From the human T2T-CHM13v2.0 reference genome, Homo sapiens, in NCBI RefSeq assembly GCF_009914755.1, contig NC_060933.1: a stretch of DNA of 64,000 nucleotides, one strand, 5' to 3'. This document shows positions 30,906 to 63,340 of the stretch, piece by piece. How positions within the stretch are numbered: position 1 is the first letter of the stretch; every line of letters begins with the position of its first letter. A program made the translations under genes and the position numbers. The notes beneath the pieces are model-generated. The model was not told where the DNA came from and searched no databases. It was given only the letters and a program-made list of their open reading frames with translations.

Positions 30906-31638
30906 CTAAAATAATTACTGTGTTTACATGTGCATTCACCTGTTTTACAGTGGAGAAACATTTCATTGTGTAAACATAATACAACTAATACTAACATTTT
31001 TGCATTCATTCATTCAACAAAGAATTACTAAACACCCAGTATAAGATGGTATAGTCCTCAAGATGGTGGGGATTTTTATTTTATTTGTAGAGAAAGGGGC
31101 TTGCTCTGTCTCCCAGGCTGGATTGCAGTGGAAGGATCACAGCTCTCTGCAGTGTTGAACTGGGCTCAAGTGATTCTCCAGTCTCAGCTTCCTGAGTAGC
31201 TGGGACTATAGACATGTGCCACCACTCCCAGCTATTTTTTTATTTTTTGTAGAGACGTGGTCTCACTATGTTGCCCATACTGGTCTGAAACTCCTGGCCT
31301 CAAACCATTCTCCCACCTCGGCCTCCCAAAGTGTTAGGATTACAGGCATGAGCCACCACACCTGGCTGGATTTTTAAAATATTAAAGACACATCTTCGAC
31401 CATTTGGAAGTACGTGAGATACTTTAAGAAAGTTACTGAAGTTCTAAATAAATAAATGTGCTAAAAGCTCAGCAGAGACCACACCTGACTGTGAAGAGGA
31501 AAGGCTTTATACACTCTGAAGGGCTTTGGAGGGCAAAAGCATTTGCAAGAGGCACAGGGAATGGCCTAACTGGAGCACTGGGGTATGCAAGGACACTACA
31601 TAGGGGAGTATGGAGAAGATCAATTTGCGTCAAGTTCA

Positions 31639-31851
<213 letters not shown>

Positions 31852-31854
31852 CTA

Positions 31855-31956
<102 letters not shown>

Positions 31957-32777
31957 TCAGAAAAAAAAAGAAAAAGAAAAAGAAGCAGAAGGCAGACTGT
32001 TAAGAACTTCTGAATGCTAGACTAAGTTCACTTATTAAAATGAAAAATTAATAGTATCCTAATAGCATCTTTTACTCTCTAATCAAGGCTAGTCCTGAGT
32101 CTATCCTCACGCCTAAACACACACTCACATAGCGTTTATACCTACCTTTTGTTTTCTTTATTCAAATAATGCTCTCACCTCTATTTTTAACTGGCTAAAA
32201 TCAGAATTTTTAACGCAAATATTAAAGTAAGCACCATAACATTATATAAAACAGTTTAAATGAAGAATTGAGTTAGAATGTTATATTCTAACTTTTTTCC
32301 ATGAAAAGGATCATTACTTTTGCAAACAGAATTAAAAAATCAAAAGGCAGACTTAACAAAAAGAGAAGCCCATTCACCCCTAGGTTCTTTGACTTCTTTT
32401 TATCAGATGACTCACTTAAACTAGCAATTCCTAGTAATCTTTATACCATCTGCCTTTAGCAAAAAGACCTTCAAAATTTGCACCTTAAAATACCCTAACA
32501 AAGTGCTAACATAGGGAAAGTTGCCAACATTTTTAATCAGACATCACGTGATGGTATGTGTATGTGGGGTATGTGGTTTTGAGTGTTTATTTTTATTTTC
32601 TTTAGGAGCAAAGAAATGTAATAAACAACTGTTTTCATAATAAGAAAAATATAAAACCATGTCACCGGGATAAGGGCAGAGTATAGTATCTTCAGTGTAA
32701 TTTACATGTTTAAACTCTACATACATAAAAACAAATATTTCACAAGAATCTCTAGAATTCCCTAAAGTAAACTATGA

Positions 32778-32960
<183 letters not shown>

Positions 32961-35900
32961 TAATTTCTCATACACAGTATTAAATGACAGTACTCTGGTT
33001 ACTTTAAGGTGTCACTGCTGGGATATTTATCAAAAGGAGACAGAAATCCAATAGCTGGCAATGACACAGCAACAGTTACTGAAAAGAACTGTTAATATTA
33101 TCTGAAAGATTAAAACTGCATCTTGCTCCTTTAATTTTCAACTCGTCTGAAAAATGAGGGCCTGGAAAGTACTGTGTTCACCACCACACTAAGCTTGGCC
33201 ACAGGGCACCCTATATTCACACTTCATGTTCCTGTAACTATGTACACATCATCTATAAAAAGTTCCTTGTTTCACCTGAAAAGCAGCACAGACTAGTATT
33301 CACATCTACTGATAGCCATCATAACCTGAGTAAGTGTGCAGTATGCGCAGAGAGGCCTTTATAAAGCCAAAGGAAAAGCTCTTAGTAATGACCCGTTTCA
33401 GCTGAGACAAGCTGACCTCCACTTTTGAAATGGTACTTAATCATTCACCAAAATAGCTGCATGTAATAAACCACTTAAAGCATATTTTTTAGAAAGGTAA
33501 AGGAGGCTGGGTGCAGTGGCTCACACCTGTAATCCTGGCACTTTGGGAGGCTGAAGTGGAAGGATCACTTGAGCCCAGGTAGTTGAGACTGCAGTGAGCC
33601 ATGATAGTGCCACTGCACTCCAGCATAGGCAACAGAGTAAGACCCTGTCTCCCCCAGCAAAGAAAAAAAAAAGGAAAAGAAGGGAGGGGCTAATTTTCTA
33701 TGAATTCCTTTTTACACTTAATTCACTTTCAATGCTTGCACTTTCAAATGGTTCAATGTTTTTAAAAATGAAGTTTTAAGTCTTGATTCTGGAAGATAGT
33801 TCTAGAACTAGCACTAGTCCAATTTCAGAGGTTTTTATTGCACCCATTAAGAAACCATTCTATTTTCATTTAAGTCAAAAATACTTTAAAAGTTAACTTA
33901 AAACTTTGGTAGTTTGCTTGAATGTTACTCTCACATGTACCAGGAAGGCTCTCAAGGTGTTAATATCCCGAAAGAGTATTCATGGGTTATCAGTAAGAAT
34001 CCTTACTGTGCTGGATCATTAGTTCTCAACATTATATGTATTACCATCCATCCACCTCTAAAGTCTCCTCTGCATAGCACAGAGTTTAATTTTTTCCAAT
34101 GAAAGAAACTTCAAAATTAAAGAGATGTCATTACAGTTAAGCAACCATGATATCCAGACACCACCATCTTAAGTGGTAAGTAAGATTCCACTTGCCACTA
34201 CAGACTAACAAGAAGAGATATTTCCCACAGACTAAAGAGCTGGGGCAATTTATTGGCAAACTTTTGAGAACCATATACTTCAAGACTGTACTCATTAAAT
34301 AATTGCTCCCCCGATCTACAGAATGCAACCTTCCCAACACACTCTTACTGAGCTCTTTGCACATTTCATTGTTACATCAAATTCCTTTGTCTGATAATAG
34401 CTCAGTCTTCCTGAGCTCAAACTAGTACATCTACCTTCTTTGTCTTTAAACTAAAATCTTTTTATAATCATTTTTTAAATGCAAAAAATGGCAATGAATG
34501 GAGAAGACCTGAAAGGTCTTCTCTCAAGCTTCTAACAGCTCATTTCAAATATTTGCTGAGTACCTACTCTGAGCTAGAAACAGTGCTGGTACATGAGGAC
34601 ACAGCCTCTGTTCTTCTTAAAGTAATTAATCAGAAGAGACATTCCCATAAGTAAAAAGATTCCAGTATGTGTCATGTGTAGTGATCGACCTATGTATCAG
34701 GAAATAATGAGTTATCCCGAGGGAAACAGGCTAAAATGTCATCAGTGGTGAGTCTGAGTGATTACTTCCTAAGTTCCTTTATCTTTTCCAGATTTTCTAT
34801 GATATGGTATAATACGCATTTACTGCTTTTACAGCCCGAATAAAAATCTAAATAACCAAAATAAAATAATAGAAATAGTACTAGTAACATTTATTGACTA
34901 TTATATACCCTGTGTGCTACATGCTTCACATGCATTATCTCACTTAATAAAATCACCCTATTAAAAAAAGACTGTTATCCATATTTCAGAGAGGAGGGAG
35001 TCAAAATATGAAAAAATTTGCTAGAAATGTATTTTTCAGCTAGAATTTTTACTTATTTCCTCAGAAATAAGCAGGGGTTGGGACAAAAACAATCAGTTGT
35101 GTAAACAGAAAGAGTCGGAAATAGATGCCATTTGTTGGATGTATAACCATAAGCAAGCAACTTAATCTCAGCGAGCCTCAGTTTCTCCTATTGCATTGTA
35201 TTGCAAATGACTTAGTAGGCCCTAACTCATTTAGGTTCCCAAGAATAACTCATTTAGGGTTCTCAAGAATAAATGATATTATGTATAAGAAAAATAAAGA
35301 ACTCTTTCTGGCAAATAACTGACAACAGAATGTTATCAGTAGCTTCATCAGGATAATCCGAAAAACCTGGACAAATTATTTAACATCTCTGAGTTCAGTT
35401 TCTCTACCTGTAAACTGGGGATAAAAATACCTACACCATGCAGTAACTATGAGAATTACATGAGATAATACACAGTACAGTGCCTGGCATGTGGTAAAAC
35501 AGTCAAAACAGCTATTATAATTATCCACAGGACAAACAAAATGGAGCTGGCTAAATAAGGTACAGTGCATGCATATGACGAAATACTTTGCTGTTGAATA
35601 TGTAAGGACATGATAAAAATATTGACAATGTATAGCTGTTTAAAAATTATGTAGAGTAAAAGTCTTCTTTAAAAATATATAAATATATGTTACAAAATAT
35701 ATGAAAAGTAACAAGAATACATTCCAAGATCTACAATTTGTGGATTTTTTTTAACTAACTCAGTTAAAAAAAAATTAAACAATTCTCACTATTATCACCA
35801 CCACTGTATGAAGCAAGATGTTAACGCAACAATTTTTAAAATTCCCATATATATGTATTCAGATAAGCAGGAGCATCATGCCCAGATACCCCATTCCATT

Positions 35901-36281
35901 ACATTATCACCAGGATTCTTTAACATACAAATATTCTTCTCTGAACATTAAAAAAAGGGATTACTTTAAAACTTCTCAAATTTTAGTGAGAGAAAAGGAG
36001 GCTATTTTGTTTCTAAGACATACATTTTTAATTCCCACAATTCCAGGCTTTCACATTTTGTATTGTTTAATACAGAAAAATTATTCTGACTAAAAATAGG
36101 AAGAAAACAACATTTCCACAAGGGCAAATTCACCCCAAAAGACTGAGAATTCTAATTCTTAAAAGGAATAAAAATTAATGTCAGGCGCGGTGGCTCATGC
36201 CTATAATTCCAGCACTTTGGGAGGCTGAGGCGGGCAGATCATGAGGTCAGGAGTTCGAGACCAGCCTGCCCATCTCTACTA

Positions 36282-36443
<162 letters not shown>

Positions 36444-37240
36444 TCAAAAAAAAAAAAACTAATTTTTAAAATGAATATTTCACAATATAGGTGACACTAA
36501 AGTCACAATTCTGAGACTGTGACCAGAGAAGAGTGTCATTAAATTAACAAGAAGAAATACAAAATTATAGTTTCTTAATTTCTAAAAAATTAATAGGCTA
36601 ACATGAAAGTTATATTCAGCAAAAGGTAGAAATAACTATCAGAGATACTGAAAAAATATGAATCCTGGCTTGGAAAAACATATTAGATATTATATTGTAA
36701 AACAGTTAAGAAATGCTATTTCATTAATTTCAGGGTTTTACCTCTTTCTCTTCCTACTTTCATCGCAAATTATTTATCACTCAAATTAATAACATTTAAC
36801 CACCGACTACACATGGACATGCAACATTCATTCAACCTTGAAGGTGGGAAAGAAAAGAGAATTCTCAAAAGCACAGAAATCACCCTTTTAAGCTGCAAAT
36901 TTTACAGAAGCTCTAATACTAAGCAGATTCTCCCCAGCAAAATGCATCTTTTCTTAAGGCACAAAGGTCCAAGATATCCGAACAGTGAAATACAATCAAG
37001 ATATCTGAATACATGGAGAGCAAATTATTTTAGTACTGTTCTCTCTTAGTGTCCACAAAGTAAGCCTCAGTAACCCACAGATTTTATTTTCAGTATTCTA
37101 ATACTGTCTCCCTCTACTGTACAAAAAAGGAAATTGAAAGATTTTTACCATTTATTTCCCTTAAGACATAATTAAGAAAACTTCTTTCAATTTGTTTTCC
37201 CCCAAATAGTTTTTAGAGTTAGTAATCTAACAAGATTGTT

Positions 37241-37310
37241 TGTGTGTGTGTGTATATATATATATATTACATATTATTAATATATATAATATATATTATA
37301 TATGTGCGTA

Positions 37311-37372
<62 letters not shown>
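37241..37372. repeat. (TG)n/(TA)n compound microsatellite
   Basis: About 130 bp of AT-rich dinucleotide repeats, including a pure run of about (TA)20. Confidence 0.95.
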
Positions 37373-37841
37373 AAAATATGGAGATTCCAGGGACAGGACA
37401 AGAAAAATAATCATCCTTTAGAACAAATCCTTAGAATCTAAGTTCTTCAATTCAAAACTTGGGAAAAAACTAAGCAAAGGCATACTAGTTTGGTTGGGAG
37501 TCAAGTGTATGTATGTGTCCTGGGCCAGGCTGAGCAATTAGTTAACTAGGTAACCTTGGGGAAAGATTTAGAGTCCATTAACTTCAGATTTTTTTCCACC
37601 TTCAAAACTAAGAATAAAAATACTCTGCCAGTGTCACAGGACTAAAACTAGAACCCAATTTTGATTGATTCACTGAACTAAGCACCCACTGTGCAATACA
37701 CATGGCAAGGGCTGCCAAGTTTAGCAAACAAAAATGCAACACAGAACACACTTATATAATAAAAAAATAGGCCAGGTGCAGTGGCTCACGCCCATAATCC
37801 CAACATATGGGAGGCTGAGGCGGGTGAATCACTTGAGGTCA

Positions 37842-38081
<240 letters not shown>

Positions 38082-38113
38082 TCATTGTTTATCAAAAATA
38101 CAAACTTAATTGA

Positions 38114-38272
<159 letters not shown>

Positions 38273-38274
38273 TA

Positions 38275-38553
<279 letters not shown>

Positions 38554-38976
38554 CTACTATACAAGGAAGAAAAGTAGTTGTTTAGCATTTAAAGAGGAAA
38601 GGGGAAGAAAGGCAAACTGAGAACATACTAAGTAGGACTGAAGAATGGTTAAAATCAACAAACGCAAGATACAAAACAGAAAAAAGAATGAGAGATGAGA
38701 GTGCTTAATTACATCCTCAACTCTAGCCACACAGATCTGTGTATTTATCACACATGCTATTCTTCCACCAATATATGAGATGGCTAAGTAATACAAGCTC
38801 TTAAGTCATTTATCATTAATTCACACTCAAATTACTTCAAATGGACATGCATTACCAATCTCTTGATAGACATACACCAAAAAATCAAATTTATAATTTT
38901 CGGAAATATCTCCCTTTCAAATCCACCTAGAGTTTTGTGCTTGATTACTCAAAATTATTTTATTAAACAAATTCTA

Positions 38977-39301
<325 letters not shown>

Positions 39302-39853
39302 TCAAAAAAACAAAACAAACAAACAAAAAAAACAAAAAAACTTGATAAGATTTCATCCCTTTTCTCACTTTCTATTGTCCCAAGCAGCTATTTCATAAAT
39401 CTGCCTCATAATTAACCAGCTCTGTTCTTCACAATCTTTAAATGAATAAATAGGCAGATCCTTCTTAGCTAGATGCAAAAAACTACTTCACTTTGCACTT
39501 CCTGCTCCAACCCTCCGAACCTGTCTCCTTTCTGCAGGCCCAGTTACTTACCATTCTTCATGACACAGGCCATCCCTGATCCTATTCCACAACAGGAAAC
39601 TTCACATGTCCTTAGAACTTTAACTTAATAAATAGTAACACAGTTTGCTGCAGGACTTTGTATAAAAAGGAGTAGTGGCCGGGTGCCGTGGCCCACACCT
39701 GCAATCCCAGCACTTTGGGAGGCCAAGGCAGGTGGATCACTTAAGGTCAGAAGTTTGAGACCAGCCTGGCCAACAATGGTGAAATCCCATCTCTGTCAAA
39801 AATATAAAAATCAGCTGGGCATGGTGGCAGGCACCTGTAGTCCCAGCTACTCA

Positions 39854-39955
<102 letters not shown>

Positions 39956-40010
39956 TCAAAAATAAATAAATAAACAAATAAATAAATAAATAAAACATTA
40001 AAAAAATCAG

Positions 40011-41044
<1,034 letters not shown>

Positions 41045-41338
41045 TAACTCCTGACCTCAGGTGATCTGCCCAACTCAGCCTCCAAAAGTGGTGGTATTAA
41101 CAGGTGTGAGCCACCACGCCTGGCTATTATCTACATATTTTGAGTGATAGTTAAATATTCTCTGAATATTAATTCTATTGTATAGCTTTATTTCTTTTTG
41201 AAAATATAAAGGAATCTAAAACTTAGTTACTTAAACTGTAATTTTTCATTGTTCCCTCATAATGAAGTAACATAATATTTAGCGTAATTAAAAAACAAAA
41301 CAAAACAAAACAAAAAAGCAGATTCATCTTTATGGTAG

Positions 41339-41569
<231 letters not shown>

Positions 41570-41603
41570 TGAACTCCTGACCTCAACTGATCTGCCTGCC
41601 TCA

Positions 41604-41847
<244 letters not shown>

Positions 41848-42332
41848 CTAAAAGTTACTTTTATTCAATTCCACCATAATTTTTAATAACTGAAAAGACT
41901 TGAAGGTCTTCATGCCCAAAACAATAAACATTATACTGAATTAAAGATAAACATTTCCAATTTTCCTTAACTTTTGTCTTAGCCTATCATAAAAAGCCCT
42001 ACAAGTGATTCAAACTGTTGGACCTAAATAAATGTAATAAGGTTTTAGTAAGGAACAGATAAATAATCATTTTGACCATACTAAAACATACCAAATAGAT
42101 TTTAACCACACAATAAATTCATTAAAATAGCCCAATAAATTTCATGACTAGAAACTTCCATATTTATGAAAAAATGGTTTTATTTCAGTTCCTAGAGGAA
42201 CCAGTACTTAAATGGAATTGCTTAGTATTTAACTGACAAAGAGTTCATCCTGTGTCCTGTCTCAAATATACTTGGTACTTGAAATTTAACCTAAGTAAGT
42301 AAAAACATGAAGAATGAAAACTCTGGACTTAC

Positions 42333-49216
<6,884 letters not shown>

Positions 49217-49329
49217 CTACAAAAACAAACATGTTGAGTGTCAGTAAAAGTTTTTTAAAAGCCATCAAATAAATTCTAATTAAAACATCATTTTTAAACA
49301 AATAACTTATGATCAGAAACTACTTGGAG

Positions 49330-49750
49330 GAAAGATAACAGGGATGTAATCTTGGAGTTTTTCCTCGTAAGAGGATCTCCCCGGTTTCTCGCGGTCCTGC
49401 TAAAACGCTGTCAACCTAGCGCTCCACCAGAGAGGCCCGTTGGCTTCTCGGGAGGCGACCGAGGGAGCTCAGGAGGCGGGGAGGCTTTTACAAGAAGCGA
49501 AAGGACGGCCTCAGGGGTGGCCGGGAACAGCCTGGAATCAGCTGGAGGACATCAGCAGGACTGAGGAAAGGGCCACCACCAGCGTGAGGAAAGGGGGGAG
49601 AGGGCAGAACGCGGCGAATGGCCGCGCTCGAGGGCTGGCGGGGTCCCAGCGAGCAGCGGCTGGGAAACAATGGCGCGAGCGTGACGTGGGCCGGAGGCGC
49701 CGCCGCGGCGCGGAGGAAGGGGCTGCCGTGGGACTGTAGAGTCTGTAGAG
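49330..49750 (-). promoter_or_regulatory. SUGT1P1: CpG-rich promoter and first-exon segment upstream of the SUGT1P1 exons
   Basis: Abrupt GC/CpG-rich island within AT-rich DNA, about 110 bp from the first SUGT1-like acceptor. Contains TGACGTGG at 49682-49689 and a YY1-like CGCCATTGTT on the minus strand near 49666-49675. Confidence 0.75.
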
Positions 49751-50084
49751 TCTTTTGGAATTTATGTGATTACAATCTTGCAGTCTGTGAATAGAGATGG
49801 TTTAACTTTCCTGTAATCTTTATACCTTTTAGTTTTGTTGCTGGCTAGTATGTCCACTATTGAATAGAAATAGTGATAATGGACTTCCTTGTCTTGGTTG
49901 TAAAATCAAGAGGAAAGCATTCAATATCAAGTGCTTTTTCTACCTTTATTGAAATGTTCATATGTATTTTTAATAATAATATGTTACTGTTATATAATAA
50001 TAATTTTAAAATAATATTTTAATAATAATGTTACAATGTGACCAATTACATTGGTTAATTTTCAAATGTTATCTAAATGGCCGG

Positions 50085-50515
50085 TTGTCCTTCCGGATCC
50101 CCATTGATTCCGATTGGGATGACACTATAGGAGAGGCAGAACCAGTGAAGGAAACATAACGTTTATTCAGGAGTTACATACAGGGGTGGTCCAGTGGTGG
50201 TGGGCTGGCCTGGAGAAACGCTACCGTTTGTATAAAAAAAAAAAAGCATGTAGTCCATATAGCATATCGCATTTTCACTTAGAACCCTCCTTCTAGCAGT
50301 CTCCATTTAACCCAAAATAAAGGGCCTTGATCACCTGTACAGGCTGTGTTCCAAGGGATGGGGCAGGGGTATGGCTGTCCTTCATAGGTAAGTAGTGAAT
50401 CTCAGTGTTGGCTACTCCTGGATTCCTTAGCCTGGGACTCCAAACACACTTAGAATAGGGTTATTCTCAGGTATGCTCCATTTATGGCTCAGCCATACAC
50501 CAAGGTGTATACACC
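50085..50515 (-). mobile_element. LTR47-type (ERVL) solo LTR
   Basis: The reverse complement contains ctaaggaatccaggagtagccaac, ggccctttattttgggttaaatg, ctaagtgaaaatgc and aataaa, as in the recalled LTR47 consensus. Confidence 0.7.
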
Positions 50516-53372
50516 AACCCCTGCCATGCACCAATATGCATATAAATATGAATAGCCTCTGAAAGGGCAAATTCCTAGATTGACCTATAGGCCCACATGA
50601 AAAGTTCTATATTAATAGCTATGTCATGGCTGAGCACAGTGGCTCATGCCTGTAATCTCAACACTTTGGGAGGTCGAGGCGGGTGGATCCCTTGAGGCCA
50701 GGAGTTGGAGACCAGCCTGGGCAACATGACAAAACCCCATCTCTACTAAAAATACAAAAATTACCTGGGCTTGGTGGTGCACACCTATAATCCCAGCTAC
50801 TAAGGAGGCCAAGGCACAGGAAACACTTGAACCTGGGAGGCAGAGGTTGCAGTGAGCGAGATGGCACCACTGCACTCCAGCCTGGGCAACAGAGTCAGAC
50901 TCTGTCTCAAAAAAAAAAAAAAAATAGCTGTATCGTGGACATTGAAATTATAATGAGATAATAAAACTACCACCAGAATGACTTAAATTAAAAGGATTTC
51001 CAATACCAAGCATTGACAAGGATAGGAGCATTTTTTAGAGAGAATGACCAAGGAGTTGGCTACAGTCAGGTGCTGCAGAATCAGATCTGTGGACCTTAAT
51101 GTGCATCTGGTGAAATAAATAACTATAATGGTGAAGAACAAAGCAATTGCCCAGGAATCCTACTGTGGTCTGAGATAAGAAGATCATTCCTATTGCCACA
51201 TCCCTGGAGGCCATTTTTCTTTTTTCAATGACTGATCATCCTATTCAGAGTGAGAGGATCTGGCGTGAAAACAAGAGGCCTGTTGTACTATGGCAACTGA
51301 AAGCCACTCTTTTCCATGTACCATTGTTTTCAAGCCATTAATTTCCTATTAAACTTCATTTTCCTCTTCCTGAGAGTTTCGCTATAAAAATATATGTGTG
51401 TATAGATATATATTCCCAGCATAAGAGTGCTGTAACAGTGTTTTACATAGAACTTTTACAACAATTCTTTGAAGTGCTTTATTGTTCCCATTTGACAGGT
51501 GAGGTGATTTCGGGCACAGGAAGGCTGAATGACATTTCCAAAGTCACCTCCTTGTAAGAGGCAGTGTCAGAAGCTGACAATGGACTTGACCACTATGCTG
51601 TCATAGCAACAGAGAGAAATAATTTTTAAGACAATCCATGTATTTAAAAAATATTTTTGTATCTCTTGTGAGTTTTTAAAAGAATCGTTTTGAATTTTTT
51701 CTTTTTGATTGTGATTGAAAACACCAATGCTTGTTTTATAGGCAAATATCATCTATAGTGATCAGAGATCCAAGTAAAATATAGATGTGCTGATCTTAGC
51801 ATAATCTTAGAAGAATAATTATATACAACCAAATGGAATTTCTTAAATGCACAAATGGAATTAAAAGAGGAGGTTCTTTTCCATCTTAACCAAGAAGGAG
51901 GGCATAATGGAATGACCATGTGCTAAGCAAGGGAGCAGGAAAACAAGTAGGAGGGAAAACACTGCAGAGGAGAAACTAAATTACCATGAGTGTAGAAAGA
52001 AAATGAGGACTTGTGAATATGAAAATATCAAATACAGTATTTCAATGTCAGGATGGTTCACTATATTAAAACTCAAGTCCATTATGCACAAGAAAAACTG
52101 GAGGTAATGATTATACATTGACCCAAAATAGTACCAACATGAGCACTGAGCCTGGGGATGACATGAAAACATTCTTAAACAAGAGGAAAGATCAAAAATA
52201 ATGCAATTCTGAAAACCGCTGAAGAGCATAATGTTTTTTTCTAACACAAAAAGCTAAATTCAGTTACTTTTCTTTGCTGATTTCATGAGGGAAAGGAGTC
52301 TCACCATAATAAAGAGACAATAGATTTTTTCTGTCATGACACACTTATGGTCTCCATTTGGTATATTCTGTGCACAGAGTTGGTGAAAACACTATATTTA
52401 CTATTTCTGAACAGAATAAGGTAATTCAATCAGCTACATCTTATACATGATCACAGGCATGGAGGTGTCATAGAAACACCTCTACAAATCTTGGAAATGT
52501 TCATGCAGATAAGACAGGGCAGCTGGCAAATTAATTTCCAAATTATATTAGAGAACTTAAAAATAGGCTGGGTGTGAATGGCTCATGCCTATAATCCCAA
52601 CACTTTGGGAGGCTGAAGCAAGAGGATTGCTTGAGGCCAGGAGACCAGCCTGAGCAACATAGGGAGAACCTGTCTCTACAAAAATTTTTTTTAAGTGTGC
52701 TGAGTGTGGTGGCACATGCCTGTGGTCCCAGCTACTCAGGAGGCTGAGGTGGGAGGATCGTTTGAGCTGAGGTATTCAAGGCTGCAGTGAGCCACAATTG
52801 CACCACTTCACTCCAGCCTGAGCAATAGACCTGTCTCAAAAAAAAAAAAAAGATTTCATGACTTTATTCAAACCAACAATGATGAACAGTGAGGATTACA
52901 TTAAATGAGAAGCAGTTAGGGGCTGGTTTATGGTCTTGACCTCCATTCCTTCTCCACGAGTGCAGCCCATGACCCAGTGATGATTTCCCCTTCCCTGCAT
53001 TGCAATGGCACTGACTTAGTTTCTAGACCAGAATCCTGTTTTCCAGACAAAAGCCCTGCTCCATCTCCCAGCACACTTCCTTCCCTTGCAGGCTATGCCT
53101 TCTAGACTGAAATGGAAAATACTCACCTTATTTTTCCCTTGTTGCTGGGACAACAGGTGCAGGGTGATGCTCAGGACAGCCAGTGGGTGAGTGCGTGGAG
53201 GGAGGCATCCAGGTCTCAGATATGGGTTTGTGTCCTGTGACCTCACCTTTTCGCATCACTGCAATGAGCAGTTCACCTGTGGCAACAATGACAGTGCACA
53301 TTTGGGGAGCTAAAGATATTTCAATAAACTTTGTCCCAGTTACCAATTACCAAAAACAAGTACAATTTTCTG

Positions 53373-54339
53373 TGAAGGGGGCCAGCCCCTCCACACCTGT
53401 GGTTGTTTCTCATCCGATGGAACGAGAGACTGAGAAAAGAAAGAGACACAGAGACAAAGTATAGAGAAAGAAAAGTGGGCCCAGGGGACCAGCACTCAGC
53501 ATACGGAGGACCCATGCCAGCACCAGTCTCTGAGTTCCCTCAGTATGTATTGATCATTATCTCTACCATCTCGGAGAGGTGGATGTGGCAGGACAATAGG
53601 GTAATAGTGGGGAGAGGGTCAGCAGGAAAACATGTGAACAAAGGTCTCTGTGTCATGAGCAAGGTTAAGAAAAGGTGCTGTGCTTTGATGTGCACATACA
53701 CAAACATCTCGGTGCATTAAAGAGCAGTATTGCCACCAGCATGTCTCATCTCCAGCCCTAAGGTGGTTTTCTCCTATCTCAGTAGATGGAACATACAATC
53801 GGGTTTTACACCGAGACATTCCATTGCCCAGGGACGAGCAGGAGACAGATGCCTTCCTCTTGTCTCAACTGCAAAGAGGCCTTCCTCTTTCACTAATCCT
53901 CCTCAGCACAGACCCTTTACGGGTGTTGGGCTGGGGGATGGTCAGGTCTTTCCCTTCCCACGAGGCCATGTCTCAGGTTATCACATGGGGAGAAACCTTG
54001 GACAATACCTGGCTTTCCTAGGCAGAGGCCCCTGCAGCCTTCCACAGTGTATTGTGTCCCTGGGTACTTGAGATTAGAGAGTAGTGATGACTTTTAACAA
54101 GCATACTGCCTTCAAGCACTTGTTTAACAAAGCACATCCTGCATAGCCCTAAATCCATTAAACCTTGAGTCAACACAGCACATGTCTCTGCAAGCACAGG
54201 GTTGGGGCTAGGGTTACAGATTTAACAGCATCTCAAGGCAGAAGAATTTTTCTTAGTACAGAACAAAATGGAGTCTCTTATGTCTACTTCTTTCTACATA
54301 GACACAGTAACAGTCTGATCTCTCTTTCTTTTCCCCACA
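53373..54339 (-). mobile_element. HERV-K (HML-2) solo LTR, older LTR5A/LTR5B type
   Basis: 967 bp. The minus strand starts TGTGGGGAAAAGAAAGAGAGATCAGACTGTTACTGTGTCTATGTAG and ends GGGGCTGGCCCCCTTCA (TG...CA termini). Near-TSD ttctg/ttcta. Confidence 0.93.
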
Positions 54340-54649
54340 TTCTAGTGGGCATCTCTAGCAAGATGAGAGTGTTTGGCAGAGGCTGTTGCTTTCCATAATC
54401 CCTGGAGGCAACAGGAAGGGGCTCCTAGGGAGGGAGCAGGAAGGGGTGAGTCTAGACTAGGGGCTGGCAGCAGAGTGCACATGTTTTACTGGAGTCTGTG
54501 CTTTCCTGAGATGGTCCCCTACAGAAAACCCAATTTTCTGTTAATCCTCAGATTCCTGAGCCAAACTATTATTTCACTGTGAACGGAGAGACGGGATCAT
54601 GCGAGGAACTTGAGAAGGATATGTGAACAGATTACAGTGCAAACAGCAA

Positions 54650-61900
<7,251 letters not shown>

Positions 61901-61904
61901 ATCC

Positions 61905-63340
<1,436 letters not shown>

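Noticed and set aside
51560-52500. Hydrophobic minus-strand ORFs that might be a chemoreceptor (V1R-like) pseudogene
   Set aside because: I could not find family motifs in any frame I read. It would need tBLASTn or HMM support.
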